This document shows positions 37,091 to 49,450 of a stretch of 64,000 nt of DNA, in pieces (the stretch's first letter is position 1; every line of letters begins with the position of its first letter). The stretch spans positions 1,488,001 to 1,552,000 of the forward strand of contig MU058213.1 of assembly GCA_013265495.1 (NCBI GenBank), in the 5' to 3' direction. Both the position numbers and the translations under genes were made by a program. The notes under the pieces were generated by a model that ran no database searches, was not told the DNA's origin, and saw only the letters and a program-made list of their open reading frames with translations. Origin of the DNA: Vicugna vicugna (taxonomy: Eukaryota).

Positions 37091-39109
37091 TGCTTTGGCA
37101 AACAATTTCCCAGCATGAATCAACTTACTACTAAGTTTGCCTTAGCTGAAGACCTCTTACTACAAGTTTGGCTTCCAAAAACAATCTTTCGGTCACAAAA
37201 TCTCCTGTTTTAAACCAGAAACAGAAGGAAAAAAAAAAGAGGAAAACTTAAATCCTCATTGCTAATAAAACCTGATTATGTGTATCTTTTTACTTGCATA
37301 TGGTATGATGTAGTTTCTAGCATTCCTCTTTCTACCTTCTTTATCTTCTTTATATTTTCCTTCTATTTTAATGCATTTTTAATTAGCTTTGACTCTAACT
37401 AGTTAGCATTGACTTCTAGCATTGAAACTGGCTTAGTAGCAGTATTTATTATGTTTGGTGCAAAACTCAAATTAAACTCTTCATTATTTTTCAAGCTGAC
37501 TTGTAAGAAAGTCTTTGGTTCTTTCCTTAACAAATAGAATGTTTTCTAAAAGACATAGTTTTCCTTATAGCAAGGTACATGACTATGTTTTGTGGAAGCT
37601 TAAGATGTAGGTTTAGGTTCCAATATAAACATGTAATTATATTAAGCAAAAAAAGAGAACAATATTGTCATTGTGAAGGCCAACAATTAATTCTCAAATA
37701 TAAATTACTGTTCAACACAAGTGAATGACATTTCATCAGGCACTTTATGTTAGGTTTTACTGTATCATTTTTTTAGGGAAAAATATTAAGTAAGAAAATA
37801 GACTATGATGACACTGAGGCCCTGTCTATAATTGGGCTGAAAAGATCTCTCTGGTTGTGCTCTGGGCTGACTCTTGCCTCTTCTGTTGCTTATGTGTTAA
37901 TGGCATTGGTGTCACTGATACTTCTGGGCCCCACTGCCATGCAGATTAAGGACAAAAACAGTTCTGGCAAATATGGCTTTTAGATGTCGCCTGTCTAGAC
38001 ACAGTCAGGATGACTGAAAAACCTGTCTCTTTTCTTTATTTCATGGATACTTTACCTTTTTGCATTTAAACCTTGTTCTCTAAGGGGACAGACATATCTT
38101 TTCAGCTTGGATATTTCACAGGAATGATGGGTTTTGTTTTATGATTTTATAGGTAGCTACACTTGGCCCTGCTCTTTCCTCCCCGTGTCCTCCTGAGTTG
38201 GTGGAATAGGTTTACCCAGATGGCTTTGAAGGATACCCTGAGGGTTTTTTTTTGCATATTTTCCTGTGTAATAGATATAATACTTATGCAATGACTTCCT
38301 CTTATGCTTTTTAAAAATCAGATTTCTTTCTCCCTACAGCCCACCACCATTATGGTGGGGACAGGGTATGTAATTTAAATGCTGTCTCTGAAGGAGGAGA
38401 GCAGGACGTGAAGGAGTTCTATGCCAACAGAAGAGTGAGGAGAAAGCTCGCTACAGTGAAGGACACCCAGGGTGGGTGTTCAAAGGATGTTGGGTGGAAA
38501 GTTGCCATCTACTCTTCGCAGTTAGGTCTTCCTATATCCCCAAGTACCAGTTTGAAGAATAGGAGGAAATCTGAAATACTAAGTCTTTGAACCAAATGAG
38601 ATGACTGAATTATCTAAAGCGATAGTTTAAACTATAATGGTTCTTCTCAGTTCACTAAACTGAACCAAATTTAGCCACTCTTAACTCTGTTTCCCTGGTT
38701 GCTGTGGTCTTGAGAAAATATCAGTTTATATATGAAAACAAAGAAATTACATTTTTCTTTGCACATATGAGGATATACGTAATCTGAGGTCTTGTGTTAT
38801 GTATATGTGTGTATGAGGAAGCATGCCTCTCTCTCCTTAAAGCATTGAGTCAATGGTCATGAATATAGATTGCGGGTATGGGACAGGAAGACCTCGCTCC
38901 AAGATAACATCAGTTAACATACTCTGAAAATGGAAAATAGCTCTATGCACAGTAGGGGTGGGGAAATTTCTTGGTGGAGGCAAGACCTCTGACTGGCTTC
39001 TGTTTGAGGACTGACCTTTGCTAGGGGAAGGTGTGAGAGCTTCCTTAGCCATTTTCCATGTCAGGTTGTATGGACGTTGTGGTTAATTCCTCCACTTCCA
39101 TTGATTATT

Positions 39110-39457
39110 AGAGCCAATTACAGTATTTTTAGTCTCATTGCTAGTAATTGGTTGAGGAATGGATAAGCTTACACTTAATTTGAGCCAATGAAAGGGAAAT
39201 AAAATCTTTCTGGGGCCTTCCTGGAAAGAAGTTCTGCTCTTAAGAAAGAGAAGTGGCAGGTTAGCCTAATGATCTGGTTGGCAAAGTGGAAAGATGATGA
39301 AACGGGGTCTCAGATGGCACAGTTGAACCATTGAATCAGTTGTCCTGAAGCCTGCGTCACCTCTGATGCCTCAAAAATGAGCTAATGTATTTCTTTAGAG
39401 TTTAAGTCACTTGGAGATGAGATTCAGTTATTTGTGGTGCCAAGTAACTTGACTGAG
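39110..39457 (+). mobile_element. MaLR LTR (MLT1J/K-like)
   Basis: taattggttgaggaatgg...gccaatga...ttgaaccattgaatca...gtttaagtcacttggagatgagattcagttatttg. Confidence 0.7.
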
Positions 39458-40479
39458 CCATAGGCCATTGCTATTTTTCTCGATGGCAGAGGATGGAATT
39501 ATTCAGAGACGCAAACTAGTTTGCTCACTGCTTTGATGCCAAGTGTGTATTCCACAGGGTATTTTCTAAATCTATTTGTAATGCTTCCAAGTAGATGAGA
39601 AATTTATTAGCTTGGGAGTCTGAATGTCTGATTCCATTCCTGATTCTTCTAGTAGTTAGGTGGGCAAATATTAGTTTCTCTAGCTTTCTGTTTCTCAGTT
39701 GTGGAATGAAAGTGTTAGACATGAATCTCATTGGTTCTTAAAGATTAATGTACATTGAAGAAAAAGTATGGGAAGAGTGTTTACAATGTACAGCCTTGGA
39801 GCCCTCTTTAAAGATTCTGATTAATTTTTAGCAAGTGCAGTACCAGAGTTAATTCCAGTTCAAGGTCCTTCAAGGACCACCTTGAGGAAATCTGAATTAG
39901 AGACATAGTCAGAACCTTCCAAGTTAGCTTGGAGTCTAATAGGTCTTACACATAACAATTGTTACCTATGCCATTCCTATATCTTACTCTTTTCAGTTGT
40001 GAAGAAACCATGGATTCTAACAATGAAGCTTTATTGGGATGGATGACCAAATGTAGGGGGTTATAGAATCACCAAGCATGAAGGAACCACATAAGGTCAA
40101 TGAAATTCACCTTCTTACTTCTGGGCTGGACTCATCAAAAGTGCCCACGCAAATGGGTGTCTGCGCTTCTATTCACAGGGATCTCAAGAAAGTGATGCTA
40201 CATCCCCCCTGGGTTGTCATTTTATGTGAACTGTTTCCAAGCAGACAGGAATCATATAGTCTGAATAACCATATACTCTCATCTGAGGATTTTCATGTTA
40301 GCCCAGAATGAATGTTTGATTGTCAAAGAATTGAGAAATAAAACAAAGCATTTGAAACTAAAATTATCCTGAGTACCGTTAAATCATTGGAGATTTGAAA
40401 GAGAATTCTTGACCTCATTGTGAATAATGCTTGAACTAGCAATATAAGGAAGGCTGGTTAAATTGAAGTTCACAATTGA

Positions 40480-40830
40480 GAGTACGTGAACTAACGGAAG
40501 TTCTTCCTTGTAGTTGTCTTAATTTCCTCCTGCTGCAATTCAGACTGGTTTCCTCTAACATTCTTCTCTGTGAGTGGAAGTAAACTCTGATTATCATTCT
40601 CTCTACAATAATTCTTCATTATTTTGAAGAGTTATTAACTTTCTCTTCAGACTTCTCTTTATAAGGATAAAAATGTTTCACTTCTCTTAACCTTTCCAAG
40701 CATGTTTCATTTTTCAAACAATAATTTTCATTATATGTCTCTGGACTCGCTCCAAATTTTCCACATCTTTAAGTGGTGGTGTTGTAAATAGTACTAAAAT
40801 AACAGCTCTGGCCATTGTAGAGTGCAGTTT
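40480..40830 (-). mobile_element. L3/CR1 LINE fragment
   Basis: ggaagttcttcctt...cttctcttt..aggataaa...ctctggactcgctccaaattttccacatcttt. Confidence 0.6.
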
Positions 40831-40855
40831 CCATGCACTTTTTTTGGTGTAGAGA

Positions 40856-41065
40856 GTACAGTGTAGTAGGGTGGAGCATAAATTCATCAGTTTGCCTGGG
40901 TTTGAACCCTGGACCTGACACTTTGGCAGGTTATTTAACCCCTGACCTCAGTTTCCTTGTCTGTGAAATGGGTAAAATAATAGTGCTTATCTCACAGGTT
41001 ATTCAGAGTATTAAATGAGTGTACATACATGAAGAACTCACTATGCCTGGCATGTAGCCATTATC
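40856..41065 (+). mobile_element. MIR SINE
   Basis: tgcctgggtttgaaccctgg...ggcaggttatttaacc...cctcagtttccttgtctgtgaaatgggtaaaataatagt. Confidence 0.9.
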
Positions 41066-41629
41066 ATAGAGAGGTAAGATATGGAAAAAGCAAGACTGCA
41101 GAAAGAATATTAACTTTCTAAAATAAACCTAGTTGTATTCCTACAGAGGCCACATTATTTATCTGTGGTATAAGGATCACTAGCTATGGAACAAGACCTT
41201 TGATTGTTTGGAGTGAAAACCTTTAATGTTGCATATGCTTCTGGCTCTTAGGAACAGGTTGCAAGAAAAGTGGATTCAGGCTCTTCTCTGTTACTTATTA
41301 TATGATTTAAGAAGGTTCCCTTCAATGTCTTGGGGCTCAGTGAATCCATCCATAAAATAGGAATAACAACAAGTCATCCTCCTGAACTACATTAAGTTTT
41401 CAGTTTCTTGTGGGGATCTAGTATGTGGGTTTCTAGTAGTAAGATTTGGTTAACAAGTGGTGGAAGGTTGGGAGAAGAAAGCCACAAATCAAAACATATA
41501 ACAATCTACTGAACAACAGAAGGAGAAAAGATGAAAATAAATGAGCCTCCCCTTCAAATACTAAAACCCAATAGCAGAGCCAGAATCTAGGTTGGTTTTA
41601 CAAGCATAATCTTCTGTTTTATTTGGAGA

Positions 41630-41855
41630 TAATATGGTGTGGTAGTTTAGTGTGTAAGCACTGGCATTGACTTGAATTTAGGTTCTGACTATGGGATATT
41701 GGTCAGGTTAATTATTCTCTTTGGGCCTCAAATGCCTTATCCATAAAATGGGGTTATTTATGCCAACCTTACAGGGTTGTTTTCAGAATAAAAACAAGAT
41801 AATATGTGTAAAGCACTTTGTGGAGTGATGACACATGATAAGTGCTCAACAAAAT
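41630..41855 (+). mobile_element. MIR SINE
   Basis: gggcctca..ccttatccataaaatgggg...cagggttgtt...gtaaagcactt...taagtgctcaac. Confidence 0.85.
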
Positions 41856-42369
41856 GGTGTCTAGAATGATAGTTCTCTATTATGGGGGTACCAGAATTCA
41901 AAATAATGAAGTTTTCTTTGTCTTTCTGAACATGTCCGTTTGAGTGCCATGCCTGGAGTTTACCTGTGAGCCGCAGGTTTTGAAGAATGAAGGTCTGAGT
42001 GATGAAGTAGGAGCAGGGAATGGGATGGCAATGTCCCCTCTCCAAATCTGCACACAGTTGCTCCAGTGCAGTGTTGGTGGGGGATGAAGGGCAGCCCAGA
42101 GGAGAACTGAGGTGGGGTAGGCAGAATGGGAAGCCACATATGATAATGCAAACCACATTTCCTGGCTTAACCACTTAGTTCTTTCCCTTGGGAAATTTTT
42201 ACTGGTATTTTGCCTTACTGTGAGTCTTTGCACTTCATGTTATGAACTGGTTAAGAAGATAATTATAACATGGTTATGGGAAATGGTAATGAGATATACC
42301 TCAGTATATAGCAAGAGAACAAGACCTTTGCTATTTGGAAGAGATAGGAAAAGACAGCCCCATTTTTAA

Positions 42370-43540
42370 AAGTAACATTTACTTTAAAAATTATAAAGTA
42401 GTATTATCTTAGTTTAGAAATTAAAAAAACCCAGAAATAAAAGAATTATTAAAATGGCAAATGTGCCCATCATTCAGTAATAATTACTGTTCACATTTTG
42501 TCAATTTTTTCCTTTCCTTTTTTTCTTAACCTTTCTGTGACTGTATATGTATTTATGCATATATTATGTTACAACATGTGATATTGAAACATTTTATATG
42601 TTTATACAAAATCTGAATCAAAATACACATATAAAAATATACATACTTACATACATATACATCTATAATTTTTCACCCTGCTTTTAGTAGCATTTTATGG
42701 TAAACATTTCTTCATATAATTACATGTTGTTTAAAAATGCATGATATTTTGTTTTGTGTTTGTAATATAATTTATGTGGCCAGATTGACATTTAGGTTAT
42801 TTCCAATTTTTCATGTTATATAAATAAAGCTGTAATAGACATCCTTCCACAAAAATTCCTATGTGTATCTGTGGTTATTTCTTTGGTTTAAATTTCTCAC
42901 CAAGTGTATTAAAATTCCCTACATATTGCCAAAGTTAACTTCTAGCAAGACAGTGCCATGTTACATTTTGCTAACAGTGTATGAAAGTTCTTATTTTATT
43001 TCACCTTTACCAAATTAACATAATTTTAAAAAATCTTTGTTAATTTGCTATATAATAAGTAGTTTCATATTGCTTTTGTTAAGTGTGTATGTATGTGCAT
43101 GTGTTGGGTTTTGGAAAATAGGTGAATTTGAAAGGATTCATGGCTATTTATATTTCTTTAATTTGTTAATTTCTATTAAGGTACTTTGACCATAAATGGA
43201 ATATTTTAATTTTCTTATAAGCTTATATATACACTTGTATATGTAAGTTTGTGTTTATATGTCTACTGAAGTTATATTGCCTATCAGGAATGTTAGATTT
43301 TTCCCTGGTTTTTTCATTTGTTTTTGCATTTTGTTTATGATGTTATTTGATAAGATTTTTTAAAATTTGGCATATTCTAGTATACCAATACTTTTCTTGG
43401 TATTTTTAGTGCTTAGAAATTCCTGAGATCAATGTGTTACCTTAAAAAAATCCATTTTTATGAGTTTTTAAAATTGGTAAAATAAAGTCATCTAGAATTT
43501 ATTTTGGTCTGGAGTGTAAGATATTGTGCAAATTAACAAT
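42370..43540 (-). mobile_element. Ancient L1ME-type 3' region
   Basis: gacatttaggttatttccaattttt...acatattgccaaa...aacagtgtatgaaagttc...tctagaatttattttgg. Confidence 0.75.
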
Positions 43541-46169
43541 CTCCTCTTTTTGCATAAACCTGAAGTTTTCTTTTTCTTTTTCTTCTTTTTTCTTTCTCTT
43601 TGGTAAGAAACAAAGATCTCCCTCAGCCAAGCAATGACTGCAGAAGCAAGGTCATCTGTCTCTGAGCCGCTGCAGGCCATGCGAGGCGGGACAGAAAGGG
43701 TCAGTCACTGGTCCCTGGTTCTGGCGGAGTCTTAAACCATGGGCCAGTGTTGCTATAGCAGAGCTTGCCTGTTTCTGTTTTAAGAGAGAGGCATTTAGGT
43801 GCTGATGCTTTCAAGGTTTCTACTAAAGTCATAGAGGCAACAATCTTCTGTTGATTGAATTTTAACTTAATTTAATTTAATTTCCTTGGCAATCACAGAT
43901 GGTGTCATCCAGCAGCTAGAGGCTAAAAAGGGGGCACTCTACAAACCGAATGAACACATATTGAGTTATAATCAGAAGCACAAGCAAATGGAAGCAAAAG
44001 TGTGACTATCAACAGTGAGTTGCAACATGGATTCAGTTCAGCAAAGTCGGACTGGTCTCCTCCAAGGGCTTTGTGCAAGTTTCAACTGCAACAGTGATGT
44101 CACCTAGGAAGACCCTTTTTGCGGTTAGAACATATAAGGGAGGGTTCAAAAACATTAAACAGAAATGATGAAGGAAAAGTATTAAGGTATTCTTAAATGA
44201 GTAAAATCAATATAATTAAAATTACATTTGATTGGAAACAACAGAAAAATTTTTAGTTAAGGGTAGAATTTTATCTCAGTCCAAAGCAGGGAGGGACAAA
44301 CACTTTGGCTTCATTGATTATGCTTTGGCTTTGTCATATTAAAATATTTATTGCAAAACAAATGACCAGTTTTTGATATTTGACATTTCATGTTGACCGA
44401 AATTACAAGGCTCTCTTTCTGATGAAAAGGGTTGGTGATAAGCGTCTCATACAGGAAGAAGGCACTCACTCCGCTGAGTTACGCAGGAGGGGCAGGGAGA
44501 AGGGGGTTCTGAATCATCTTAGGATCTCTGCCTCCAGATGTGTTATTCATTCCCCTAGTTAACAGCCATTTCCTGTAATCAGTAAAAGCTAATCAATTGT
44601 CCCTGATGAAGGTGGAGCTAAGAGGCTTCTAGCCAGGGAAATGTCTGTGTCGCTCCTAATCTACCCACACAACGGATTGGAAGGGAAGCAGCTACAATCC
44701 CCTGTGCTGGAAAATGACATTGACCTCACCCCAACTGTTGTGGTCCTCTTTATTGCAGGTGTCAAAGCTCTGGCCTGGGCCATTTTCTGATGCAACACAG
44801 ATATGATGATACTCTACTTCTGTCAGTCTTTGCTGTAGATATGGATGTTTCCAGCCATATTCACTGGGATATGAACTCACTTTTGTTCATTTTTTCCAAT
44901 TTTGGCAAATAAATGGTGTGCTTTCACAAAAATTTGTTAAAACGCAACCCAGATAAGCAAGTGAATCTAAAGGTGGCTGTCAAATATCTCCCCTTTTTAA
45001 TAGAAATCCAGCACTTTGAAATGCTCAAATTGTACTATTTTCTATACCCTTGTACAGGTCAGGTGCCAAAGCTTGATGAACGAGATAGAATCACACAATG
45101 GGATCAAAGAGACAGCCAGCCCAGTTTATTTCCAGAGGAAAAGCTTACCCATACACAAAGGAGAAAAAGGGCTCGGCTTGAAACCAATGCTTTCCTGAAG
45201 TACAAATGTAAGAGAAAGTACATCACCAGGAGTAGTTATCCCTATGGTTATAGTAGTTTTGTAAGCCAGGCCTGCTTACGTAGAAGTAAATTATTTGATG
45301 AACCAGGAAAATATAAGCAGTATTTGGATGAAAAAGAAACCCTCACCCAAACTATGTCTTTAAAATTTATCTAGATAATTCAGGTGAAAGCAGCCTTTTT
45401 TCTCCTCTGAATTATTTAGGTAATTGATTATGTCCATCTGCTCTTCTTCAGAGAATTCAAGGACCAAATGCTTTTTTTTTGCATTTCCATTTCTATTCTT
45501 CCCTTTTATGTGACTAACTCCTGTCTGAATCAGGAGTTTCTGTGGATAATCACCCACCAGCTGTCACTAGTTCTATTTTCACCTGTTCCTTTTGCAAATC
45601 TGAGCAATCTGAACCTGCTCAGTAACATTCCCCAACTGGCTGAGTACCTAAGTGATTCTCGAGCTGTGACATTATCCTATCATTGGCCACTTTAAAAGTT
45701 GTGATTAGTCTGCCTTTTGGGTTTGTGCAATCTAATTGGTGGTGCAGATAGAATTTTAATTGCTGGAGGGAGCTTATTATAGGGCTGCTTGTCTTGACAT
45801 ATGGAAATTCAGGTGCCTTTTGTGTAAATCTCCATGTGTGGTGAATCAGGTGAGAGCAGTCATCCGTTTTCAAGTGGCAACTCTGGTTTCCCCATAGTTG
45901 GTTTTTGCCTGGCTTTGGTCCTATCCCGTTGAATGACAGAGTGGCTGATACTCACTCAAGAGAACAAACAGGAAAGGAGCAAGATTGGGCTCCTGGAAAT
46001 GGCCTGCTCCCTGACAGGATGCCACCATCAGCTATGTGCTCAGAACTGAGTGCAAGTATGAAAGCCTACTCACATCGTATACAGCCATTGTGGAATGAAT
46101 AATTCCCAGCTGGAACACATACGTGAATGTAGGGTTAAAAATGAAATTTACCCAAAATTATAATTAAGC

Positions 46170-46400
46170 CATGTGATATATAAACAGAAGGTCTCTAACC
46201 TGAAACCCAAACCCTTGGGTTCGAATCTCCCCTCTGATAATTATTAGGTTCATGGCCTTAGGTAAACCAGGTAAGTTCTCTGAGCCATGGTTCTCCATCT
46301 CTAAAATGGGGATAATGGTACTTGCCAGACCTCCTGGGTTGTCATGAGATTTGATCAAGTACCTGAAAACACCTAATGAGCTGAAAGTAAGCTGTGTAAC
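46170..46400 (+). mobile_element. MIR SINE
   Basis: tgggttcgaatctcccctctg...ctctgagcc..ttctccatctctaaaatggggataatggtac. Confidence 0.85.
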
Positions 46401-46427
46401 TATATGACAGTGGGGTGCTTGGTTTAG

Positions 46428-46660
46428 AATAATAACAACATACACTGAGCACCTATGTCAGGCACTGTTCTAATGATTTTATATGTAGGTACTCATTTAA
46501 TTGTCACCACAACTTCCATGAGATGGGTACTATTATCGTTTATTTCACTTTTCAGATGGAGACACTAGGCACAGAGAAGTTAAGTTACTTGTCTTAGGTA
46601 ACTCAGCATTGAATCAGCCTGCCTCTGGAGTCTGAGCTTTTAACTCCTCTAGGAACAGTG
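46428..46660 (-). mobile_element. MIR SINE
   Basis: actgagcacctatgtcaggcactgttcta...ctcatttaa...cagatggagacactaggcacagagaagttaagttacttg. Confidence 0.88.
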
Positions 46661-47719
46661 TGCTTTGGTAAGTGAGTGTGTTGTCTCTGAGGGGTGCCAG
46701 TCTGGTCCTTGTTCTGGCTAAATTGGCTGACCGGCTAGTCTAAGGAATAGACGCCTTCTCTGTCAGAGGATGCCAGAGACCTTGATCATGTGGGACCACT
46801 GGGCATGGGAGCTGCTGCTGTATCAGTGTAGCTGTCTGAGTCTCCTCTTTGCCTCCCTCCCAGCTTCTCGCCCACTCTTCTGGCCAGGAAGCTATTAGGC
46901 AACAATGGTAGGTTGTGTGGGAGATGGAAAGAACAGTCATGGAGCCCTGAGGCCACTTTAGAGTTCCTCCTTGAATTAGTTCTTCTTGATTTTCAGGAGT
47001 CAGCCAAGAATACTGCCCCCGAGGGAAGCAGGAATCCAGACACAGTCCTATAACACTTTTCTTTTGTCTTTAGGAGTTCTGTGGTGATTCTTCCTGATCA
47101 AATCCATGCCTGCCTATTAGGAGATTAGTACAAATTCAGGATGCCCAGTGATAATTGACTTTCCCCTGTCCATCTTTTTCAGAAGGAATAGACAAATCAT
47201 CAGGAATTTTAAACACATGTCTCTTAAACCCATGTTACCTTGCTACTTGCTATGCATGATGAAATTTCACATGATAAATCTTCAGATCTTGGGAAGATTC
47301 TGCTTGTTTGCTGATGAATTTTGATTTGGCTTTAGAGTGGTGGAAAGTGCAAATACAATTAGGTTTGAAAATTGTTCAAAAATCATTTTAACGCTCCCAG
47401 GAGATTGCTCTGCTAACCCACATGGATTTCTTCTTCCTATTAGAATTTAATTAGAATCAGGGCAGTTTTTTATTAGAAAGAGATGTAAAATCTTTTAGAT
47501 TGTGACTATTTTTGAACTGATCTAAAGTATTGAACAAGTGTTCATATTTGCTTAAATGCTTTGGAAAGATATAAAAGGGTATTTGAGATTTTAAATTTCA
47601 CATAATGTGATATCTGAGATTTTTTTTGAGGTTTTACAAAACTGTAAGATTTATCAGGTAGTAAAATATCAAGGTCATAATGAATCCATCTAAAAAAATT
47701 CCTTACTTTTATTTAAACA

Positions 47720-47920
47720 TTTTTTAATTTAATTTTTTATTTTTTGATTTGCAATGTTGTATTAGTTTCTGGTGTACAGCATAGTGATTCAGTTATACAC
47801 ACACACATATATATATATATATATACACATATATTCTTCTTCATATTCTTTTTCATTACAGGTTACTACAAGCCATTGAATATAGTTACCTGTGCTATAC
47901 AGTAGGACCTCGTTGTTTAT
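47720..47920 (-). mobile_element. Short L1 3' UTR fragment (cetartiodactyl-type) with internal (CA)/(TA) repeat
   Basis: caatgttgtattagtttctggtgtacagcatagtgattcagtt...gaatatagttacctgtgctatacagtaggacct. Confidence 0.85.
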
Positions 47921-47966
47921 TGTGACATCTGAAAACTTATTTTGGTTTTCTTTATGAAGAACTTTT

Positions 47967-48704
47967 TTTTTTATTTTTTTTTTACATTTTTATTGATTCA
48001 TAATCATTTTACAGTGTTGTTTCAAATTCCAGTGTTCAGTACAATTTTTCAGTCATACATGGACATATACACACTCATTGTCACATTTTTTTCTCTGTGA
48101 TTTATCATAACATTTTGTGTATATTTCCCTGTGCTATACAGTGTAATCTTGTTTATCTGTTCTACAATTTTGAAATCCCAGTCTATCCCTTCCCACCCTC
48201 TACCCCCCGCCCCGGTAACCACAAGTCTGTATTCTCTGTCCATGAGTGTATTTCTGTCCTGTATTTATGCTTTGTTTTTGTTTGTTTGTTTTTGTTTTTT
48301 AGATTCCACATATGAGCGATCTAATATGGTATTTTTCTTTCTCTTTCTGGCTTACTTCACTTAGAATGACATTCTCCAGGAGCATCCATGTTGCTGCAAA
48401 TGGCATTATGTTGTCGGTTTTTATGGCTGAATAGTATTCCATTGTATAAATATACCACATCTTCTTTATCCAGTCACCTGTTGATGGACATTTAGGTTGT
48501 TTCCATGTTTTGGCTATTGTAAATAGTGCTGCTATGAACATTGGGGTGCAGGTGTCATCCTGAAGTAGATTTCCTTCTGGGTACAAGCCCAGGAGTGGGA
48601 TTCCTGGGTCATATGGTAAGTCTATTCCTAGTCTTTTGAGGAATCGCCACACTGTTTTCCATAGTGGCTGCACCAAACTGCATTCCCACCAGCAGTGTAG
48701 GAGG
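47967..48704 (-). mobile_element. Young lineage-specific L1, 5'-truncated, 11-bp TSD
   Basis: TSD GAAGAACTTTT at 47956-47966 and 48705-48715; ORF 48299..48676 differs from the 29059 copy by one residue. Confidence 0.98.
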
Positions 48705-48769
48705 GAAGAACTTTTATGTCATTACAAAAATAATAATGAATAATAGCTACCTTCTCTATTTTTGAGCCC

Positions 48770-48985
48770 CCTTATCTGTGTTAGGCAGGTTATATAATCC
48801 CAGCTACTCCTCCCAGCCATCTTTGCAAGGTGGAGATTATATATATATATATGTATATTTTTAATGTATGATATAAGTTTATGTGTACTCTCATAGAGGT
48901 TAAGTAACTTTCCCAGGGACACAGAGTGTGTTATCAGTAGAGCTAGAGTTCGAATCCAGGACATTGTAACTCTGAACCCACAGCA
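48770..48985 (-). mobile_element. MIR SINE
   Basis: agaggttaagtaactttcccagggacacag...gtagagctagagttcgaatccagg. Confidence 0.75.
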
Positions 48986-49196
48986 TCTCAGACCTGCTGG
49001 TCCTCAGGAGGAAGGGAAAGGCACAGAACTTGACATCACTGATTATTAACTCTGAAATCATAGCCTCAGCCTGTACTTGGCCAAGTGCAGCTGGGATCAG
49101 CCAATAACCTTAAAGAGCCTCAAGAGAGAATCCCAGAATAGACTCCTTGCACTCTGAATTAGTAAATAAGCAGGCCTTTGGTCAGTTTGAAAGGTA

Positions 49197-49450
49197 GGAT
49201 AGCAGAGCACAATGCTTAAGAGCTCAGGTTCTAAGAGCTTAGGTTCAGAGTTACCCAGACTTGGTCCCAATCTCATCTATACCAATCTGGTCAAGTTTCT
49301 TACTGTATCTGAATTTCAGTTCTTCAGTTGTAAATGGAGCATGATAACTGTATATAGTTTATGTGGATTAAACAAGAGATTGTAGGTAAAACATTTAATG
49401 TAATGTCTGATGTTGGGGGCTTAATATTGTCATTTATTATTATTGTTGTA
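49197..49450 (+). mobile_element. MIR SINE
   Basis: gcttaagagctcaggttct...tcaagtttctta..tctgaatttcagttcttcagttgtaaatggagcatgataa. Confidence 0.7.
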
